Shown here one piece after another: positions 56,290 through 64,000 of a DNA stretch of 64,000 nucleotides (the first letter of the stretch is position 1; each line of letters begins with the position of its first letter). This stretch comes from an uncultured delta proteobacterium (lineage in GTDB: Bacteria > Myxococcota_A > Polyangia > Polyangiales > Polyangiaceae): assembly GCA_963850305.1 (NCBI GenBank), contig CAWKKR010000007.1:256001-320000 (forward strand), given 5' to 3'. A model generated the notes under the pieces. It saw only the letters and a list, made by a program, of their open reading frames with translations, searched no databases and was not told where the DNA came from. Made by a program: the position numbers and the translations under genes.

Positions 56290-58101
56290 TCAGAGGTACA
56301 TGCGGTCGATGAGCGTGGCGTAGTGTTCGCCCACGTACCTGCGGCGGACTTTGCGGGTATCCGTGAGCTCTCCGGATTCGACGGCGAGTTCGTGGTCGAG
56401 CACGGTGAATCGCTTGATCGTCTCGAAGGTCGATAGCCGCTGGTTCACTGCATCGACGTCGAGCTGGATGAGCGCGAGGAGTTCGGGGTCCTTGGCTAGG
56501 CTCGCCACGTCGTCGGGACGTTTACGTTCGCGCGCCCACCGCGCGCACGTCGGTACGTCCACGGTGATGAGCGCCACGAGGAACGGTCTCCGATCCCCGA
56601 AGACCACGGCGTGGCCGATGAAGGGCGACCCCGCGAGCATCCCTTCGATGCGCTGGGGGGCGACGTTGGAGCCACCTGCGGTCACGATGACGTCCTTCTT
56701 CCGATCGACGATGGTGAGAAAGCCTTGCCCGTCGACGCGCCCGATGTCGCCCGTGCGGAACCATCCATCATCGTCTGTCGCGCTCTTCGTCGCGCCATCG
56801 TCGCCGAAGTACCCCGCCATGGCCCCGGGGCTGCGAAGGAGGACCTCGCCGTCGGCGGCGGTTTTTGCTTCCACGCCCGTCAATGGCTTGCCGACCGTGC
56901 CGAAGCGAAAGTCATTCTGGCGATTCACGTGCGACGCTCCCGACACTTCCGTCAGACCGTAACCCTCGAGGAGCAGGATGCCGCAAGCATGGAACCACTC
57001 GGCGAGATCGCGAGCCAGTGGAGCGCCGCCGCTGATCGCGAACCGGAGTCGCTTGCCGAACGCTCGCCTCACACGGCGAAGGACGAGCCTGTCCGCATAG
57101 CGGGCGCGTGCGGACATGATGGCGCCGACCGGCGCGCCCTGTCGCCTGGCGCGCGAGGCCTGTGTACCTACCCCGACGGCCCAGGACCAGAGTGCCGCCT
57201 TGAGTGGACCCTCCGCGCCGGCGCTGTCGTTCGCCACGGCGCGCACCTTCTCGAAGAAGCGCGGCACGGCGGCGAAGAACGTCGGCTCGGTCTCGCCGAG
57301 GTCCGCAATCAGGCGCTCGGGCCCCGAAGAAAACGCGAGCCTCGATCCCGACGCAATCTGAGCGAGGACGAGCGTCCGCCCCAGGATGTGGGCGAGCGGA
57401 AGCATCAGGTATTGTTCGTCGTCAGGTCCGATGCGCATGGCTTCCCGGAGCGCGCGCGTCTCCGCGCCGAGTGCGCCGTGCGAGAGCATGGTCCCCCGCG
57501 GCCGTCCCGTGGTCCCCGACGTGTAGACGATGGTAGCGAGATCGGTCGGGCCGACGTCGCGCGCCCGCGCGGTCACGCGCGCCTCGTATTCCGGCGTCAG
57601 CAGTCTGCGGCCCTCGCGGACGCAGTCGACGAATGACGTCACCCGCAGCGGCGAATCCACGGCGGCGTTCTCTTCGAAGACGATGATCTCCGTGAGCGAC
57701 GCGAGGCGGCTCGCGACGTCAAGAACGACGGCGACCTGGGCGGCGCCCTCGACGACGGCGATCCGAGCTCCGCTGTTGCCGAGGATCCACGCGACCTGTT
57801 CCGCTGTAGCAGTCGGGTAGATGGGTACGGTGACGGCCCCGGCGGCGAGGATCCCGAAGTCCGCCGTGATCCACTCTTCGCGCGACGCCGCGAACAGCGC
57901 GACCCGCTCACCCTTGGCGATGCCGCGCTCGAGCAGCGTGGCCGCGACGGCCGTCGCGGCACCGTGGACGTCGGTCCAGCTCGACCATTGCCACGCACCA
58001 CGCCGACGTGTCCGTGTCGCGACGTGGTTCGGGTGCTCGAGCCCACGCGCGGCCAGCAGGTGGAAGAGGTTTGCGCCTTCTTCCGCCCTGCGGTCCGTCA
58101 C
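56290..58101 (-). CDS. Long-chain acyl-CoA synthetase (FadD15-like)
   Basis: YTSGTTGRPRG, EGYGLTE, GWFRTGD, DRKKDVIVTAGG. Confidence 0.92.
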   Translation of the reverse strand: MTDRRAEEGANLFHLLAARGLEHPNHVATRTRRRGAWQWSSWTDVHGAATAVAATLLERGIAKGERVALFAASREEWITADFGILAAGAVTVPIYPTATAEQVAWILGNSGARIAVVEGAAQVAVVLDVASRLASLTEIIVFEENAAVDSPLRVTSFVDCVREGRRLLTPEYEARVTARARDVGPTDLATIVYTSGTTGRPRGTMLSHGALGAETRALREAMRIGPDDEQYLMLPLAHILGRTLVLAQIASGSRLAFSSGPERLIADLGETEPTFFAAVPRFFEKVRAVANDSAGAEGPLKAALWSWAVGVGTQASRARRQGAPVGAIMSARARYADRLVLRRVRRAFGKRLRFAISGGAPLARDLAEWFHACGILLLEGYGLTEVSGASHVNRQNDFRFGTVGKPLTGVEAKTAADGEVLLRSPGAMAGYFGDDGATKSATDDDGWFRTGDIGRVDGQGFLTIVDRKKDVIVTAGGSNVAPQRIEGMLAGSPFIGHAVVFGDRRPFLVALITVDVPTCARWARERKRPDDVASLAKDPELLALIQLDVDAVNQRLSTFETIKRFTVLDHELAVESGELTDTRKVRRRYVGEHYATLIDRMYL

Positions 58102-59849
58102 AGCGCCAGTTCGTAGCCGAGCGAAGGTTCGATGACGAGCCCGCTCGACGGGAGCATGTAGTCGAAGTTCAGATTCAGCACGACGCCGTGGTTCGGCGCG
58201 ACGGCGTACATGACGCCGCCGCCGCCACCCACGAAGGACTGGCCGAGTTTCCGGTAAGCGTCGAGACTGGTCTCCTTGCTAGGCGTGTTGACGGTCTGCG
58301 CGTCTGCGACACGCACGGTGAGCCGTGCATCCACTTGAGCGATCCCGCCACCGAGAAACACGTACGGGCGGATCCCCTTCCTCGAGAAGAGGTCGTGACC
58401 GAACCAATACTTGGCTCTCGCTTCCACGTGAATCGGTAGGAACGCCGTCCCGTTCGCCGACTTCGGGCCGCCGTTGAACGCGAACCCGACCCGGCCCTCG
58501 AGCCCGATGTTGCGCGTTATCAGGCGCTCGTAAGACGCGAGGACCCGGAACGTAGCGGGCGCGAGGCCGCCGTTGAGATTGCCGCCGGCACCAGGGAATG
58601 GCGTATTCGGGTAGGGTACGCCGCCAGCGTAATAGCAGTTGAAGTTGGTGCCGGGGTCGCAGACGTCCTTGCCGCTCAGGGAGGCGAAGTCAGCGGCGAA
58701 ATGCAGGCCGATGAGGTTCTTCTTGTAGTGCCCCGACGGCGTGCTGCTCCCACTGTCCTCGTCCCCGACGTCGCAGGTGCCACCCTTGCAGACGGACCCC
58801 GACGGACAGTCGCTCGTGACGTCGCAGCGCGGCGCGGTTTCGCACGTTCGCCCCGAGTCCCCTTGCTGGCAGAGAAGACCCGTATCGCACTCCTGGGATG
58901 TGTCGCACGGTGCGCCCCAGCCCTTGTCGCCGCGCGCCTTGGGGCCACCGCCCGTCGGACACGCCGGGGTCCCGATCATTTCCTCGGGGCACTCGCTTGC
59001 GGCCATGCACTTCTGCGGTGCAGGTTGCCCCGGGTACGCCGGGGGCGGCTCGGTCGTGCTCGTGACGACGTTGATCTCGGCCGGCGTCTTCTTGTTGCCG
59101 TGGCTGTCGAGCTGTTCGCCGTCCTTGTCCTTCGCTTCGACGTACCACTTGATTGCACCGGTGACCCCCGTGTCGGAGCAAGGGATCGCGCCCTGCCAGT
59201 ACTCCGCCTTCTGGGTCATCTGGACTTGCTGCCACTGGTCTCCGCCGAAGACCATGTAGCGGAGGACGACCTTGACCGCGGGTTCGTCCGTGGTGCATGC
59301 GACGGGGATCTGTCGCTGCATCTCGACCTCGGTGACGGTCGGAGTGCACTCCATGTTCCCGGGGAGAGTCGGACCCGGCGCGGCTGGCGCGGCCGTCGTC
59401 GTGGTCGTCGTGGTCGTCGTCGTGCCCGTGCCGGTGTCTGGAGTCGTCGGAGCGACCGTCTGCCCGAGCGCCGCCGCCGCGTTGCTGAACGCTTGCCGGA
59501 CCTGCGGCGTCGCGAGCGCATCGTCGAGCTTCACCGTGGGGTCGAGCGCCATCGCCTGCTGGAACGCACCCTGGGCCCCGGCGATATCCTGTTTGCCGCT
59601 CCCCTTGACGATGCCGATGTACATCCACGCCCGAGCCTTGACGCCGGGGCTACACCGGTCCTCGCAAGCATCGATCACTCCCTTCAGGAGAGCTTCGGCC
59701 TTGTCGAACTCCGTCGCGAGGTAATGAGTGTTGATCGCTTCGTCGATCTTCTGCGTCGCGGCGGCATCCCGCGGCGCGGCGTGAGCGTTACCCGCTCCGG
59801 ATACGCAGAGGACCAGGAACAGAAAGAAAAATGCGAGTCGACGATGCAC
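58098..59849 (-). CDS. Secreted/outer-membrane protein: TPR-like, Thr-rich linker, Cys-rich region, C-terminal beta-barrel
   Basis: Signal AHA-A; poly-Thr; repeated Cys motifs; amphipathic strands ending LGYELAL. Confidence 0.7.
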   Translation of the reverse strand: MHRRLAFFFLFLVLCVSGAGNAHAAPRDAAATQKIDEAINTHYLATEFDKAEALLKGVIDACEDRCSPGVKARAWMYIGIVKGSGKQDIAGAQGAFQQAMALDPTVKLDDALATPQVRQAFSNAAAALGQTVAPTTPDTGTGTTTTTTTTTTAAPAAPGPTLPGNMECTPTVTEVEMQRQIPVACTTDEPAVKVVLRYMVFGGDQWQQVQMTQKAEYWQGAIPCSDTGVTGAIKWYVEAKDKDGEQLDSHGNKKTPAEINVVTSTTEPPPAYPGQPAPQKCMAASECPEEMIGTPACPTGGGPKARGDKGWGAPCDTSQECDTGLLCQQGDSGRTCETAPRCDVTSDCPSGSVCKGGTCDVGDEDSGSSTPSGHYKKNLIGLHFAADFASLSGKDVCDPGTNFNCYYAGGVPYPNTPFPGAGGNLNGGLAPATFRVLASYERLITRNIGLEGRVGFAFNGGPKSANGTAFLPIHVEARAKYWFGHDLFSRKGIRPYVFLGGGIAQVDARLTVRVADAQTVNTPSKETSLDAYRKLGQSFVGGGGGVMYAVAPNHGVVLNLNFDYMLPSSGLVIEPSLGYELAL

Positions 59850-59936
59850 GTGCGTTCTCCGATGGGATGACTTTGCGGGAGGGGAACCTCCGCACAGCCC
59901 GGTCGCGCGCGGAGTCTACGGGATTTTTCCCCGAGA

Positions 59937-61067
59937 TCATTTGGAAGTTGAGGGGCAGCCTTCCTTGGCGCCCTCCGTGCGGACGAACTGCACGCGGCGG
60001 TTCAAGGCACGGTTCTGCTCGCTATCGTTGGGTACCAGGGGTCGGTCGAATCCGTAGCCGTGGGAGGTGAGGCGGCTCGGATCGACGCCGTGCGACACGA
60101 GGTATTCCTTCACTGACGCAGCGCGCTTTTCGCTCAAAGTCTTGTTGTAATTCGCGCTGCCCTTGTTGTCCGTGTGGCCCTGGACCTCGATATCGATGTT
60201 CGGCATCTTCACGAGGACGTCCACCACGGCGTCGAGCACCGGGAAGCTCTCGGGGCGAATCTTCGCCTTGTTGAACTCGAAGTGAATCTGCTGCGTGATC
60301 TTCACCTCGCAGTCCGTGACGATCACGAGCGCGGGCTTCGACGGGCAGCCGAGTGGCTCCTGCGTCGACGACCCGATGGTGTTCGGGCACTGGTCCTTGA
60401 GGTCCGGCACGCCGTCTCCGTCGTTGTCCGGATCCGGGCAGCCGTCTTCGTCCTGGAAGCCGTCGGGGTCCTCGGGGTCGTTCGGGCACTTGTCCACGGC
60501 ATCCGGAATCCCGTCCATGTCATTGTCGGGATCGGGGCAGCCGTCCTGGTCCAGATAGTTGTCGGTGTCCTCTGGCTCGAGCACGCAGGAGTCCACGGAG
60601 TCCGGGATCCCGTCGCCGTCCGTGTCCGGATCGTCGGGGCACCCGTCATCGTCCTTGTAGCCGTTGTAGTTCTCCGGCTCGTCCGGGCACTTGTCGTCCG
60701 GGTCGAGGAACCCATCCCCGTCGCGGTCGCCCGGCGCTGGCGGAGGTGGCGCCTCGACGAATTGGCGCTCGGCGCAGTACTGAGGGGGTGACAGGAAATT
60801 CGCCGCGTCCGCGTTCGGTGTCGCGATCGCGACGTGTTCCTTGGCGCGGATGAGCGACCCTTGTTCCATCTCGATCTTCGCGAACTCGAGATTGCTCTTC
60901 GCGATGGCGAGCTCGCGCGGCGCGCACCGGATGGCGCCGTTACGCTCGGCCTGGGCCGTGATCTTCTCGAGCCCCTCGATCTGCCCGCGGACGACCGGCG
61001 CCTCCGCACAGCCGTGGGTCAGCACGAACACCAGCGGAGCGAACACGAGCCGTCCCTGGATTCTCAT
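59937..61067 (-). CDS. OmpA-family lipoprotein with DUF4398-like N-terminus and TSP3 Ca-binding repeats
   Basis: THGC lipobox; DxDxDG/D.CP repeats; GHTD, LSEKRA, NRRVQF. Confidence 0.92.
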   Translation of the reverse strand: MRIQGRLVFAPLVFVLTHGCAEAPVVRGQIEGLEKITAQAERNGAIRCAPRELAIAKSNLEFAKIEMEQGSLIRAKEHVAIATPNADAANFLSPPQYCAERQFVEAPPPPAPGDRDGDGFLDPDDKCPDEPENYNGYKDDDGCPDDPDTDGDGIPDSVDSCVLEPEDTDNYLDQDGCPDPDNDMDGIPDAVDKCPNDPEDPDGFQDEDGCPDPDNDGDGVPDLKDQCPNTIGSSTQEPLGCPSKPALVIVTDCEVKITQQIHFEFNKAKIRPESFPVLDAVVDVLVKMPNIDIEVQGHTDNKGSANYNKTLSEKRAASVKEYLVSHGVDPSRLTSHGYGFDRPLVPNDSEQNRALNRRVQFVRTEGAKEGCPSTSK

Positions 61068-61402
61068 CGCCCCGCCCCGCGTTCGGCTTCTCGCGAGAGA
61101 CGAATCGCCTTGTCAGCGTACTCCTCGCTCGTCTCCGCGAGATTGATCGCGTCGCTGTAATCCGCTTCCGACGCTTCTTCCGAGGCTTTGTCGAGATGCT
61201 CTTTTGCGTAGTAATACTCGTACGGTGCGAGCTTCTCGGCGCCGAGCTCGTGCGCTTCCTCGACCTTGCTCGACGCGGAGCCTGCCTGGAACGCATAGAT
61301 GGCATTGCCGCAACCGGTGGTCGCGAGCCCCAGGGCCGCACCGACCCCCAGAAGCCACGGACGCCAGGAACGACGAAGGAACGGCGTGAGGAGCTCGAGC
61401 AT
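61064..61402 (-). CDS. DUF4398-like lipoprotein
   Basis: TTGC lipobox; GAEKLAPYEY..A..L.KA; 4-nt overlap with the OmpA gene. Confidence 0.8.
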   Translation of the reverse strand: MLELLTPFLRRSWRPWLLGVGAALGLATTGCGNAIYAFQAGSASSKVEEAHELGAEKLAPYEYYYAKEHLDKASEEASEADYSDAINLAETSEEYADKAIRLSREAERGAGR

Positions 61403-61485
61403 CGGATAACCGCCCGCTGACGCTATCAACCCCCATACTTGGGCGTCAACAGCGGGCCCGGAAATGTGCGGGCTACCGCGGCGAG

Positions 61486-62127
61486 TCAGAGCCGCCGGAA
61501 GACGCCGACAACCACGCCCAGGAGCATGGTCGGTTTGAAATCCATCGCCCGCACGAGGATCGGAGCCATCTGGGCGTTCGCAGGCTGGAACCGGACGTAG
61601 TCCTTTTCCGGGTAGTAATACTTGACGGTGGCTTCATCCCCGATGAGGGCCACGACGATCTCCCCGCGATCGGCGGACGGCTGACGCCGGACGAAGATAT
61701 AGTCCCCGTTCAAGATCCCGGCCTCGACCATCGAATCACCGGTGACGCGCAGCCCGAACACCTCGCGACCGCCGCGGACCATCATCCGGTCGATGCGAAC
61801 CGTGTCGATGACGTTTTCTTCGGCGAGCAGCGGCAGGCCGGCCGCGACGCGACCGACCACCTGGATGTCGATCAGATTCTCGTCGCTCGGCTTCGCGGGC
61901 GCGGCGCGATCCGTCTGGTCGACGACGCGGAGCGCGCGGCTCTTCATGTCTTCCCGGCGCAAATAACCCTTTCGCTCGAGTGCCCGGAGGTGATCGTTGA
62001 CCCCGTTGGTCGAGCGGATACCCATGTACTCGCCGATCTCTCGAAGCGTGGGCGGGTAGCCCCGCTGTTCGATCGACTGCCGGATGTAATCCAGCGTTTG
62101 CTCTTGACGTTTCGTGAGACCCTGCAT
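61486..62127 (-). CDS. lexA: SOS repressor LexA
   Basis: [24 protein letters not shown]. Confidence 0.97.
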   Translation of the reverse strand: MQGLTKRQEQTLDYIRQSIEQRGYPPTLREIGEYMGIRSTNGVNDHLRALERKGYLRREDMKSRALRVVDQTDRAAPAKPSDENLIDIQVVGRVAAGLPLLAEENVIDTVRIDRMMVRGGREVFGLRVTGDSMVEAGILNGDYIFVRRQPSADRGEIVVALIGDEATVKYYYPEKDYVRFQPANAQMAPILVRAMDFKPTMLLGVVVGVFRRL

Positions 62128-62140
62128 GTTTGGTGGGCAA

Positions 62141-62162
62141 AGCCTACTGAACGGGTGTTAGG
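62141..62162 (-). promoter_or_regulatory. LexA (SOS) box next to the lexA -10 element
   Basis: Minus strand CCTAACACCCGTTCAG resembles the Myxococcus box ending GTTCAG, followed immediately by TAGGCT. Confidence 0.7.
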
Positions 62163-62263
62163 AAGTCGAAATTCGCTTGCTTCTCATGCTGCGGTCCGGC
62201 GCGGCTAGCGGTCCGTCACGGTGGCGGTCCGGCGGGGGCGGTGCTCCGTCACCGTCCGTTCTG

Positions 62264-62728
62264 TCAGAAACGGCCCGTGACGGACAGGAACGTCAGCTTG
62301 TCCGTCGTCTCTCGAAGCCGGCCGACGAGCATTCGCACCATGCTCCAGAGGACTTCATAAGCAAGATCCTTGTGCATGAAAAGCAGGTCGTCGAAGCCGT
62401 CCTTGGGGATTGCGAGCACGCGGCAACGCTCATGGACGCGCGCGTCGGCGGAGCGCGGGGACTCGTCCAGGAGCGCCATTTCCCCGAACACCTGTCCCGG
62501 GCCGAGTATGGCGAGGGCCTCTTCGCCCATGCCCGGCAACTCACGGCTGATGCGCACGCGGCCTTCGATGATCAGGTAAAGCTTATCCCCCGCGTCGCCA
62601 TGCGCGAAGATCTTGGTGCCGACGGCGTGGGTTTCTTCGGTCGTGACCTTGGATATGTAGCCGATGGCTTCGGGTTTGAGCCCGGCGAAGAGTTCGACTT
62701 TCTTCAGCAGGTCGAGGTAATCGGACAT
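62264..62728 (-). CDS. Stand-alone cyclic nucleotide-binding domain protein
   Basis: GDAGDKLY, FGEMALLDESPRSA. Confidence 0.9.
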   Translation of the reverse strand: MSDYLDLLKKVELFAGLKPEAIGYISKVTTEETHAVGTKIFAHGDAGDKLYLIIEGRVRISRELPGMGEEALAILGPGQVFGEMALLDESPRSADARVHERCRVLAIPKDGFDDLLFMHKDLAYEVLWSMVRMLVGRLRETTDKLTFLSVTGRF

Positions 62729-62831
62729 GGCCGCGCGGATACCGCCCGCCCTCTATATCAGAGGTCCGCGCTTCCGCCTGGTTTCCGGTGACGCACCGGC
62801 GGGACCTCGGCTGGTCCGCGCGCTCGGCGAA

Positions 62832-63677
62832 TCAGCGCTGAAAGTTGATGGTGATGATCTGTGTCGCTGTGATCGGCACGCCCTCCTTGTCGAGCGCGGG
62901 CGAGAACGGTTCACGAAGTGCGCACCGCTTTGCCAGGGCACCGAAGCCGTAGCCTGGATCCTGGACGACGTTCGCGCGCTCTGCATGACCGTCCGCGCCG
63001 ATCGTCACCGCGATGGATACCCGGGCATAGTTGATCTGCTCGATGTCCGCTTCCGCGGGAAAGCCGCAGTGGTCCCAGGAGCCGCTTAGTGGCGTCGCGG
63101 CGCGCGACCGGTTCGGCCCTGATGCCACCTTCGTGCTGGCAACGGGCGCCGGGCTGCCCGGGCCCGCTGCGCGCAGGTTGCGGACCGCAGTGCGGCTGGT
63201 TCCGTCGCTCGTCGTCACGCCGCCAGCGAAGGAGTCGCCGTTCCCCTGCACGAAGCCGTCGCCCGTGAGATCCACGGGTTCGTCGGGATCGGGGGCCGCC
63301 GTCAGCACCTTTCCGGCCTGAGCTGCCGCCGGTGGCGCCGCGGGCGCCGGTGCGACGGCCTTCGGCGGCGGGGCTTCCTTGACGGGCTCCGGTTCGGGTG
63401 GCGGTGGTGGTTCAGGCGGAGGCGGCGGCGGGGGCGGCACCTGGATCTCGTATTCCATGGTGTGCCGTCGCGTGAGCGCGCGGTCGACGCCGAGCGCGAA
63501 GTCGCGGAGGTTCGTATAGAAGACGAGCGCGTGCACCCAGACGGCGACGTAGAGCGCAACCGTCGCGAGGAAGCTCCACAGAAACCGGCGGTCGTCGAGC
63601 CCGTCGAGTTCGAGCACGCGAGCGTACGGGTCCTCCGGCGTCGTGAGTATGGGGGAGCTTGCCGAGTGCAGGGTCAT
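62832..63677 (-). CDS. TonB-like energy transducer
   Basis: TM with His, poly-Pro linker, DPGYGFG..A, FSPA. Confidence 0.8.
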   Translation of the reverse strand: MTLHSASSPILTTPEDPYARVLELDGLDDRRFLWSFLATVALYVAVWVHALVFYTNLRDFALGVDRALTRRHTMEYEIQVPPPPPPPPEPPPPPEPEPVKEAPPPKAVAPAPAAPPAAAQAGKVLTAAPDPDEPVDLTGDGFVQGNGDSFAGGVTTSDGTSRTAVRNLRAAGPGSPAPVASTKVASGPNRSRAATPLSGSWDHCGFPAEADIEQINYARVSIAVTIGADGHAERANVVQDPGYGFGALAKRCALREPFSPALDKEGVPITATQIITINFQR

Positions 63678-64000
63678 TTACTTCGGAGGCTGAACGTCGA
63701 CCGCGTCCGCCTTCGGACCAGGGGAAACGGCGAAGGCGATCTTCGAGATGCCGGCCTGCCGCAGCAGATCGAGCACGTGGATCACGCGGCCGTGTTCGAC
63801 CTTCTTGTCGGCGCGGATCACGGCGCGGACGTCCTTGTTTTCGGCCCGGGCCGTGCGCCCGAGCGGCAGAATACCCTCGTCGCTCGCGACCGGCTTCGAA
63901 TCGACGCGGGTCTCACCGTTGGCCGACAGATCCACGCTGAAGATGGTCTGCATGTTCTCGCCCGTCGCGGACTTCGGCAGATCCATCGGCATGCCTTGCT
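63678..64000 (-). CDS. exbD: ExbD/TolR protein, 3' part (start beyond window end)
   Basis: MDLPK, VIRADKKVEHGRVIHVLD...GISKIAFAV. Confidence 0.85.
   Translation of the reverse strand, partial: QGMPMDLPKSATGENMQTIFSVDLSANGETRVDSKPVASDEGILPLGRTARAENKDVRAVIRADKKVEHGRVIHVLDLLRQAGISKIAFAVSPGPKADAVDVQPPK

Overview
GC-rich chromosomal window whose gene content (eukaryote-like Ser/Thr kinases, FHA-GAF-sigma54 activator, MXAN_5187-like protein, Cys-rich lipoproteins, myxobacterial-type LexA box) points to a Myxococcota, probably Polyangiaceae-like, bacterium. About 2.2-30.5 kb is a large phosphate-starvation island: phoBR-pstSCAB-phoU; a collagen-stalked phosphoesterase lipoprotein plus a Tat multicopper oxidase; a putative lipid-remodelling module (PlcP/LpxH-like hydrolase, flippase-like protein, AlkP-superfamily enzyme, ceramide glucosyltransferase-like GT, second GT); and a 10-gene operon with a Cys-rich PstS-like binder, a porin, ExbBD-TonB, a TonB-dependent receptor and an atypical PhoB paralogue. 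Several promoters carry GTCAC-N6-GTCAC Pho-box-like repeats. 30.6-36.7 kb resembles the Ralstonia phc quorum-sensing locus (PhcB-like methyltransferase, PhcS/PhcR-like kinases) and contains a highly structured 138-bp repeat array that has a dispersed partial copy at 16.2 kb. The rest holds fatty-acid genes, lepB, gpsA, a sigma54 activator, a PglZ-like gene, a probable 6S RNA, trxB, UDG, OmpA-family genes and lexA. Frameshifts cluster at 51-55.2 kb and are probably assembly errors. All calls come from motif reading by eye; no database searches were run.
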